Below, piece after piece: positions 32,390 to 40,829 of a stretch of DNA of 40,829 nucleotides. The DNA is taken from assembly GCF_001194135.2 (NCBI RefSeq), contig NC_068989.1:14477665-14518493 (forward strand), given 5' to 3'. Both the position numbers and the translations under genes were made by a program. The DNA is from Octopus bimaculoides (taxonomy: Eukaryota). Numbering within the stretch: the stretch's first letter is position 1; every line of letters starts with the position of its first letter. The notes beneath the pieces are model-generated. The model saw only the letters and a list, made by a program, of their open reading frames with translations. It searched no databases and had not been told where the DNA came from.

Positions 32390-33884
32390 NNNNNNNNNNN
32401 NNNNNNNNNNNNNNNNNNNNNNNNNNNNNNNNNNNNNNNNNNNNNNNNNNNNNNNNNNNNNNNNNNNNNNNNNNNNNNNNNNNNNNNNNNNNNNNNNNNN
32501 NNNNNNNNNNNNNNNNNNNNNNNNNNNNNNNNNNNNNNNNNNNNNNNNNNNNNNNNNNNNNNNNNNNNNNNNNNNNNNNNNNNNNNNNNNNNNNNNNNNN
32601 NNNNNNNNNNNNNNNNNNNNNNNNNNNNNNNNNNNNNNNNNNNNNNNNNNNNNNNNNNNNNNNNNNNNNNNNNNNNNNNNNNNNNNNNNNNNNNNNNNNN
32701 NNNNNNNNNNNNNNNNNNNNNNNNNNNNNNNNNNNNNNNNNNNNNNNNNNNNNNNNNNNNNNNNNNNNNNNNNNNNNNNNNNNNNNNNNNNNNNNNNNNN
32801 NNNNNNNNNNNNNNNNNNNNNNNNNNNNNNNNNNNNNNNNNNNNNNNNNNNNNNNNNNNNNNNNNNNNNNNNNNNNNNNNNNNNNNNNNNNNNNNNNNNN
32901 NNNNNNNNNNNNNNNNNNNNNNNNNNNNNNNNNNNNNNNNNNNNNNNNNNNNNNNNNNNNNNNNNNNNNNNNNNNNNNNNNNNNNNNNNNNNNNNNNNNN
33001 NNNNNNNNNNNNNNNNATGAGGGCCAAGTGCAGTGTAAGGTAATGAAAACACCCTGTCCCCAACCCTGCCCCGCTGCTACCCCACTCCCACCCCAGTTTG
33101 TAACCAGTGCTACTTGTCTACATACAACATGAAAAGAACTTCTTTCCCCAGTCACAGCGAACACAGTATCCGGTCTTCTCTACCCAACCTGTCCACCCCT
33201 ATTTCAAGACATAGCTATTGCTGCTCTCCATAGCAGCACTTCACTTCATACACTGTCTATTTACTTCTGTCTGCTTTCTTAATTTTCTTTTCTTTTCTTC
33301 TTGCTTTCTTTCTCTCTCTCCCTCTTAATCCATTCTGTCACCAAAATCCCTTTAAGGCATCTGTTTTTCCTGCCTTTTAAATAATGCATTACCAGCGACC
33401 CTTGCCTCTCGCTACCCCATTAATATTCTTCCAACAAATGCTCTGTGTTTTACACCCACAGACTTGCTTCAAATTATCAATATAAAAGGAATATATTATA
33501 TAATAATAATGATAATAATAATAATAATAATAATAATGATAATAATCTGTCCTTTTGTTAAGCCATTTCTTTGTAAGAATGAAAAATTCATGTAGAAAAA
33601 TCCATTTTCTACCAAAGAATTCCAGGATTCATACAAGATGAAAAACTATTTAAACATTTGTGCAGTGATATCCTGGAATGCACATTAATATATGATCTCT
33701 ACAACAGGTTTGATTACTCTCAGATTCACTTTCCTTTCTCTTCTCTTCCAACTGGAGTATCCGTGTATCTACTCTACACCAAGGCACCTATCTCTGTCCT
33801 TTCTATATCTTTAATCTCTCAACTGGCACAAAGCCAGCCCGGGCCGCCTCAGTACTGATCTCCCCTCCTAGTTAAGGGGGTGTT

Positions 33885-34140
33885 TGTCTTGCAAGTCACT
33901 TAGTGACCCTGTTGGTGGTGATGCCACGTAAAAAGCACCGGTGCTGGGTGGGGGTGCATGTAAAAAGCACCCAGTACACTCTGTAAAGTGGTTGGCATTA
34001 GGAAGGGCATCCAGCTGTAGAAACCATGCCAAAACAGACCATGGAACCTGATGTGGCTTTTGGCTTTGCCAGCCTGTCAAACTATCCAACCCATACCAGC
34101 AAAACAAATGGTAGTTAAGTGATGGTGATGACGATGATGC
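33885..34140 (+). mobile_element. Family C variant
   Basis: GCAAGTCACTTAGTGACC (CORE-like)...GCCACGTAAAAAGCACC (twice)...GGTTGGCATTAGGAAGGGCATCCAGCTGTAGAAACC...GATGATG. Confidence 0.75.
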
Positions 34141-35084
34141 TGACAATATCAGTTCTATAGTATCTTTACAAGACTTGAACTCATCACTCCAAATATTCCC
34201 ATTTAGTCTCATTGAGATACACTCACTTCAAGGCCATACTGCATGTGTCTTGGAGAATAATCAAAAATTTGTGGTTAAGAATCTCGCTTTGCAACCACAT
34301 GGTTTTGGGTTCTCGGGGCTGTAGTAGAAGACGCTTGACCTAGGTGTCTTGTCACACCCTGGAACTGAATGCAAAACAGTGTGGTTGTAATGCAAACCTT
34401 TTAACCACACAGCTGTACTTTCACCCCGTACATAGAAAATTACGCTGGAAAGTTTAAATTTAAATATGAACACTTTAAAAACGAGGAACTTTGCATCAAA
34501 GAACTTCTGATTCTTTTGTATGAAAGGACCAAAGCCAGCCACAAATGGGCTGGTATCAAAAGAGCTAAAGCATTATTCCATTTTTCGTTTTTCACATTAT
34601 ATATTTGTATATATATATATATATATATATGAGGGAAAGAGAGAGAGAGAGAGAGATAAAACATGTTTTCCATCACCATTTCACCTGATGCTCGAATTGT
34701 CCAACTTAACTATCCAAACCAAAGAAAATATCATAGATTTATGTAGAAAGAATTGTATTGACATTTGGTATATTCCACAAGAGAAAAATTCTATAAAGAA
34801 AAATTCCATATGGAAAAAAAAAATATCTTGAAAACACTGAAAATAATTTTTTGTGATATGATTCTGTATATCTTCAAAAGACTTTTAGAAAAAAGTGATT
34901 CTGTCAATATTTCCAATGTTCTAGAGTAGCTCTGGGTTTAGACTAGAAATTGATGTAAAAACTTGTTTTTTGAATCGGGCAAAAAAAAAAAAAACGATAT
35001 AGGTTGAATGATTCTGCCAATGTAGGCATTTGCATGAATTGTTTGAAACTCTGTATTCTGTGGAGTGGCGTTGGCATATTTCAA

Positions 35085-35285
35085 AGTAGAACCGATACTG
35101 GTACCATGTAAAAAGCACCCAGTGCATTCCATAAAGCGGTTGGCGTTAAAAAAGGGCATCCAGCTGTAGAAACCATGCCAAAGCTGACAGGAGAGTTCTG
35201 TGCAGTCCTCTGGCTTGCCAGCTCCAGTCAAGCCATCTAACCCATGCCAGCATGGAAAACAGATGTTAAATGATGATGATGATGA
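35085..35285 (+). mobile_element. Family C variant
   Basis: GTACCATGTAAAAAGCACCCAGT...GGTTGGCGTTAAAAAAGGGCATCCAGCTGTAGAAACCATGCC...CCCATGCCAGCATGGAAAACAGATGTTAAATGATGATGATG. Confidence 0.75.
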
Positions 35286-35515
35286 ATCATGCAGCTGGTC
35301 CTTCTGTCATATCCCAAACTCAAAAGATGCCCTACACAAAGCACTGTGAAGGAATTACTTATCAATTTTACAGTACCATTGGTGGCAGAAAGGGCGTCGT
35401 GCCTTAGGAAATCTGCTTCAATAAGCTCTGTCCGACCCATACAAGCATGGAAAACTGGATGTTAAAATGATGATGTCTGTTGCTTACAGTAGTAAACTAT
35501 TGCACCACCTAACTA

Positions 35516-35743
35516 TTGGGTTGTCCGGAAATTTCGTGCCGATTTTTAAAGGAAAGAAAAAGGTTAATAAATACTTGCCATTACATTTTTAATCAACCAA
35601 ATATGAACCATTTTGTTGCACAATGCGTCTCCATCTTTCCTTTAACTTGGAAATACCCTCTTCCCAGAATTGAGGTGGTTTCATGGCAAATAAGTCAAAA
35701 GGTAAGCTACTATAAATCGGCACAAACTTTCCGGACAACCCAA
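35516..35743 (-). mobile_element. Mariner-derived MITE, intact, with TA TSD and transposase C-terminal remnant
   Basis: 30-bp TIR TTGGGTTGTCCGGAAATTTCGTGCCGATTT with 2 mismatches at the right end; TA at 35514-35515 and 35744-35745. Minus strand 35589-35699 reads FDLFAMKPPQFWEEGISKLKERWRRIVQQNGSYLVD*, a typical mariner C-terminus. Confidence 0.92.
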
Positions 35744-35781
35744 TACTTAAGAATTAGATGTATTGTGCCATTAAGATTTAA

Positions 35782-36000
35782 CCCATTATCATTCAGGTTA
35801 GTCTGACAAATGTAATGCTTACTTATTCAAATTGTTTTGAATTAATCCTGCATCATGTTGTAGTTTTAATATTTCAACAATGTGATTGTTTATGTTAGAA
35901 TGACATTGTAGGGTAGGTGTGAGAGGATGGATCTGGACAGTTTGAACATAAGACAGGTAGAACATTTGAGCCAGATATGGCCAGTTTCAATGCTAAAAGG
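35782..36000. mobile_element. piggyBac-type MITE family P1, intact
   Basis: TTAA|CCCATTATCATT ... AATGCTAAAAGG|TTAA, with TTAA at 35778-35781 and 36001-36004; 219 bp; three other copies in the window. Confidence 0.85.
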
Positions 36001-36394
36001 TTAAATAATAGCTTTGCAGTATAGTACTAATGACAATTATGCAAACCAAAGAAAACTTCTGTTGGGTCAACAACTGCCTGATCTGCCTTCTTATCCACAG
36101 TTCTCAGTCTCCTTACAAATTTTAGTCATGTGATGTTTGCTAATTGGGCTTCAGTTTGATTAGCTTTATTAAATAAGGTTTACACTGGTTGTTTGAGTCA
36201 ACTGTCTTTAATTTGAGATTCAGTGATTGTCACCTTAATTAAACCAATTGAATAGATCCCTATCCAAATTATTCGTTTGTGACTAGAATAAACCTCTATT
36301 ATAATAACATACCATCTACCCTAGTACTTCGTTTGTAATAAACAACCACTACCTCTATTTTATTTATTTTAATATATTGTTGTTNNNNNNNNNN

Positions 36395-36446
36395 CCACGA
36401 CCCTATGACCGCGAGTCCGCTGCCCTAACCACTGGGCCATTGCGAC
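36395..36446 (-). mobile_element. tRNA-like SINE head fragment truncated by a gap
   Basis: Reverse complement GTCGCAATGGCCCAGTGGTTAGGGCAGCGGACTCGCGGTCATAGGGTCGTGG has an A box and D-arm and an anticodon-arm-like stem. The B-box region falls in the gap. Confidence 0.5.
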
Positions 36447-37858
36447 TCTACTATTTTTTAAATATATTTTAATATATAACCCAATGACAAAAGACAGAAA
36501 ATTAAGGTGGACGTATAGCCACTACAGCTGTGCATATATAGTTGAGTCTTGTGTCTGTTTTATTCAAGTATTTCACCAAAAATAGAAGAAAAAAAATAAA
36601 AAGGTCGATTGAATTTATTCCATCTGTCAGCTCGATCACACAAGAGATTCTTAAATCATCCGTGTATGAAAAAAAGATTCTGATTGTTGTATCCTGGCTG
36701 ATGAGCAAGAAACATGCTTGTTTAATCTTTAATCTCAGCATTGTTTGAAGAATCTAAATGTCTCAATCTCTTTAACCCCAGACATTCATCATATACTTAA
36801 TCAGAAGAATCACCAGAGAACAATGACAGTTTTTTAAGAGATGTCTTTTTTTTTCTTTTTCCTTTTTTGATTTTTTTTTTGNNNNNNNNNNNNNNNNNNN
36901 NNNNNNNNNNNNNNNNNNNNNNNNNNNNNNNNNNNNNNNNNNNNNNNNNNNNNNNNNNNNNNNNNNNNNNNNNNNNNNNNNNNNNNNNNNNNNNNNNNNN
37001 NNNNNNNNNNNNNNNNNNNNNNNNNNNNNNNNNNNNNNNNNNNNNNNNNNNNNNNNNNNNNNNNNNNNNNNNNNNNNNNNNNNNNNNNNNNNNNNNNNNN
37101 NNNNNNNNNNNNNNNNNNNNNNNNNNNNNNNNNNNNNNNNNNNNNNNNNNNNNNNNNNNNNNNNNNNNNNNNNNNNNNNNNNNNNNNNNNNNNNNNNNNN
37201 NNNNNNNNNNNNNNNNNNNNNNNNNNNNNNNNNNNNNNNNNNNNNNNNNNNNNNNNNNNNNNNNNNNNNNNNNNNNNNNNNNNNNNNNNNNNNNNNNNNN
37301 NNNNNNNNNNNNNNNNNNNNNNNNNNNNNNNNNNNNNNNNNNNNNNNNNNNNNNNNNNNNNNNNNNNNNNNNNNNNNNNNNNNNNNNNNNNNNNNNNNNN
37401 NNNNNNNNNNNNNNNNNNNNNNNNNNNNNNNNNNNNNNNNNNNNNNNNNNNNNNNNNNNNNNNNNNNNNNNNNNNNNNNNNNNNNNNNNNNNNNNNNNNN
37501 NNNNNNNNNNNNNNNNNNNNNNNNNNNNNNNNNNNNNNNNNNNNNNNNNNNNNNNNNNNNNNNNNNNNNNNNNNNNNNNNNNNNNNNNNNNNNNNNNNNN
37601 NNNNNNNNNNNNNNNNNNNNNNNNNNNNNNNNNNNNNNNNNNNNNNTCCCAATAATGCTACACTTACTTCCACCATTAACATGGTCGTTGTTGTAATATA
37701 AATAGATATCAACCTTCTTCTTAGTTTCATTTAAAAAAAAAAAAGACTAACTAGTTTTGGTACTTTCAGTTATTAAATCAGGTTAATGGGACACCCAGGT
37801 GTGTGCTGTCTTTTACCTTATCACTCTTAGATCAACAATATAATAAGGTTAGATGGAT

Positions 37859-37899
<41 letters not shown>

Positions 37900-40795
37900 C
37901 AGACAGAGAGACACTGACAAGCACCCCGCCACTGCCTACACCACCAGCTCTCTTTCCAATTTCTCTCTTTTTCCTCTTTCACTGTCTCTCTTTCTTGTTT
38001 TCTTCTACTTCCTTTCTTGCTCCTGTTTTTTTCTTCTCTTTCTCCTTTTCTTAACTCTACACCTCTCTGTCTTCCTCTGTCTCTTGTTCTCTGTCTGTCT
38101 CTCTCTCTCCACTTCTCTCTTTCTCTCCCTCCTGTAGACTTCATCTGCCTTATTCAACCACCTGACCACTCCATAGCTTCCTGTTTTAATCTTAATGAAA
38201 TGATGATGATAGTAGTAGTAGTACTAGTTTGTTACATGGTTAAATGCAACAAATTCCTTAATTGGAAACAAGGGCAGTCAGTAGATATAAAAACATCCAA
38301 GTAAAACTTTTGAAGACACATTTTGGTGGATGGTGGTATTTAAACAAAATGTTGGTGACAAAATCTTAATTACAAATGACAAAAAGTTATATAAAACACA
38401 CATAATGTAAGTCACCTGTGCTTACATAGCCATGGGTTGATATGCACATGTGTTGTGTGTGTGTGTGTATATATATACTCTCTCTCCTTCCTTTCCCGAG
38501 CGTCCAATAACACTATCCGTATCACGTCCTCACATTGTTGTTTTTTTGTTATTGTTTTTTGTGTTTTTTTTTAAGCTATATATATATATATATATATATA
38601 CATACATGACGGGCNNNNNNNNNNNNNNNNNNNNNNNNNNNNNNNNNNNNNNNNNNNNNNNNNNNNNNNNNNNNNNNNNNNNNNNNNNNNNNNNNNNNNN
38701 NNNNNNNNNNNNNNNNNNNNNNNNNNNNNNNNNNNNNNNNNNNNNNNNNNNNNNNNNNNNNNNNNNNNNNNNNNNNNNNNNNNNNNNNNNNNNNNNNNNN
38801 NNNNNNNNNNNNNNNNNNNNNNNNNNNNNNNNNNNNNNNNNNNNNNNNNNNNNNNNNNNNNNNNNNNNNNNNNNNNNNNNNNNNNNNNNNNNNNNNNNNN
38901 NNNNNNNNNNNNNNNNNNNNNNNNNNNNNNNNNNNNNNNNNNNNNNNNNNNNNNNNNNNNNNNNNNNNNNNNNNNNNNNNNNNNNNNNNNNNNNNNNNNN
39001 NNNNNNNNNNNNNNNNNNNNNNNNNNNNNNNNNNNNNNNNNNNNNNNNNNNNNNNNNNNNNNNNNNNNNNNNNNNNNNNNNNNNNNNNNNNNNNACACAC
39101 ACACATACATACACATACGAAGCTATACATACACATGACCAACTGATATATATATCTATATATATAATAATATATATATATGCATATATACATATGTATA
39201 GTACATACATTATAAATATATATATATATATATATATGTGGCAATATAAGTACATTGGAACAGAAAGATTTCCAAATTGGGTGTAGTCTACTCAGAAAGA
39301 ATAGTGCCCCCCACCCCCACCCGCATCAAGCCCCTTATCCACCCTCCACACTAAGCATATGCCTTCTTCCAACCCTGACGCACAGACAAAAACTAAAAAA
39401 CTGGTCCTTTTATCCGCAGCAAATTCACCATCTCGCCATTCTCACCCCCTTTTCATAAAATTTGCTGGAGTGTGGAGCTGCAGTATTGCTTGTTCCTTCA
39501 ACATCTTTCATCTCGACTGATAATATTTAAAGAAGTTAATGAGGGTTTCATTGGTTAGAGAAAAGTCCTTATCTTTTTGGCGCTTTCATCTTCACTCACC
39601 GAACTACCTCTTTGATGACACCCACAATCAAATAGTGTGACAGCAGGTGGCTTAGTGTTGGGGTTGAGCAAAGAGATAAAGGGACGTATCCTCTTACTTT
39701 ACCGTGCCCCCTGTGTGTTTTTCTTAAACAACTCCCCTATTCAGGAGTACACATCAGTAGGCGACTTGTATCTAATTTAGCCCTCGTCAGAATAACATCC
39801 TTAAATGGGACTTAAATCAATTAACTTGCTTGTAATAAAACCCATATTTTTTCCCTGTGTTTTTATGTAGGAAGAGGGGCATTTTTGTTCTTTATAGTCA
39901 TTTACTTAAAATTTAAGAGGATTTTATGAAATCATGAGCTTCTTTCCCCTTTCTTTTTTAATTTTGCCATTAGTACATCCTTTTTAGGTATACTGATCTG
40001 CCTTAGAGAGATTATTCCTCTGTCTCTACACCTGTTTCACTGATGCTCCTGCACTAGACTTATTTTTGCTGAAACGCTAGCCTGTTCAATCGTACACATG
40101 AAATCAGTAAAAGAACCTTCTGAAGACCAGCAAATTTAGGGACATGGGACACTGCCAACTGAGTACATTTTAATACCACCACCCAGATTCCATAGTAAGT
40201 CTTGACCTTGTTACAGGCAGAGCTTACCAACAACCAGACATTAACCAAAGGGCCTAGCTTGAAATTGATCAGAGCCCTGAACCCAAAGATCCATCAGGAC
40301 TTCTCTTGCAGGACTTTCTTGGATCATATCTTAATGGATTTCAGTGGGCATCTTTATTTGTTGCTTCTTAGAATGATATCATTGAATCCAATCTTTTGGC
40401 CACATTTCTCAGGACATACAGTATTATTAATAATACATGGAAATGTACCAAATCTTGAAAATATAATCAAAAAAATAAAATTCCCATAAGTATGCCTGTA
40501 ATTTTTTCTAATTGAGCTTAATCCTAAATCAGCTTTGACCATGCAGACTGTAATCAAAGGAATTCCAATTTCCAACACAGTTTATATAAGACTAGATTAT
40601 TTAATGCACCTCTCTTGTTCTCAGAGAAGGAGATTTGGCTATTATTTCTAGCTGTTTGAGCAACCACTTAGAGATTCTCTTGTATGGATTTACAGCTGGT
40701 TAGACTGGATTGCTGAAAACACAGTCTTGCCAATGAATACATCAGAACACCTATAACATGATATTACCTACAGGTTGTGTAGTATATACTATCAT

Positions 40796-40829
<34 letters not shown>

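Noticed and set aside
37668-37719. Minus-strand exon candidate KKVDIYLYYNNDHVNGG with a GTAAGT donor
   Set aside because: The acceptor lacks an adjacent polypyrimidine tract, it sits next to a large gap, and there is no supporting homology.
2434-39286. Long ORFs in the six-frame track containing X runs or poly-YI/CV/ER/LS/T/H
   Set aside because: They are open only because of N-gaps and di- or trinucleotide repeats, with no recognisable domain.
40202-40489. 95-aa ORF in non-repetitive DNA
   Set aside because: It has a non-ATG start, no recognisable motif or splice donor, and overlapping opposite-strand ORFs of similar size; it is probably chance or an unrecognisably decayed transposon.

Overview
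AT-rich, microsatellite-dense eukaryotic genomic DNA from a draft assembly with many N-gaps, most flanked by simple repeats. The repeat landscape of tRNA-headed SINEs, short MITEs and long (TA)/(CA)/(CAT)/(ATT) tracts looks like an octopus genome; this is inference, not a database match. No protein-coding gene can be confidently called, and most long ORFs in the track are N-run or microsatellite artefacts. The window looks intronic or intergenic. It is dominated by several SINE-like families (my labels A, B, C, D, F), two TTAA-flanked piggyBac-type MITE families, two mariner-derived MITEs retaining the transposase C-terminus, a Helitron 3' end and a HINE/DINE-1-like element. A weak two-exon gene-end candidate lies on the minus strand at 7035-7592. 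I found no convincing novel multi-gene system. The most interesting signals are in repeat architecture: a minisatellite born inside a MITE, SINE domain sharing, a rod-like hairpin SINE head, nested insertions and inverted SINE pairs. Repeat boundaries were read by eye and are approximate unless a TIR or TSD is quoted.
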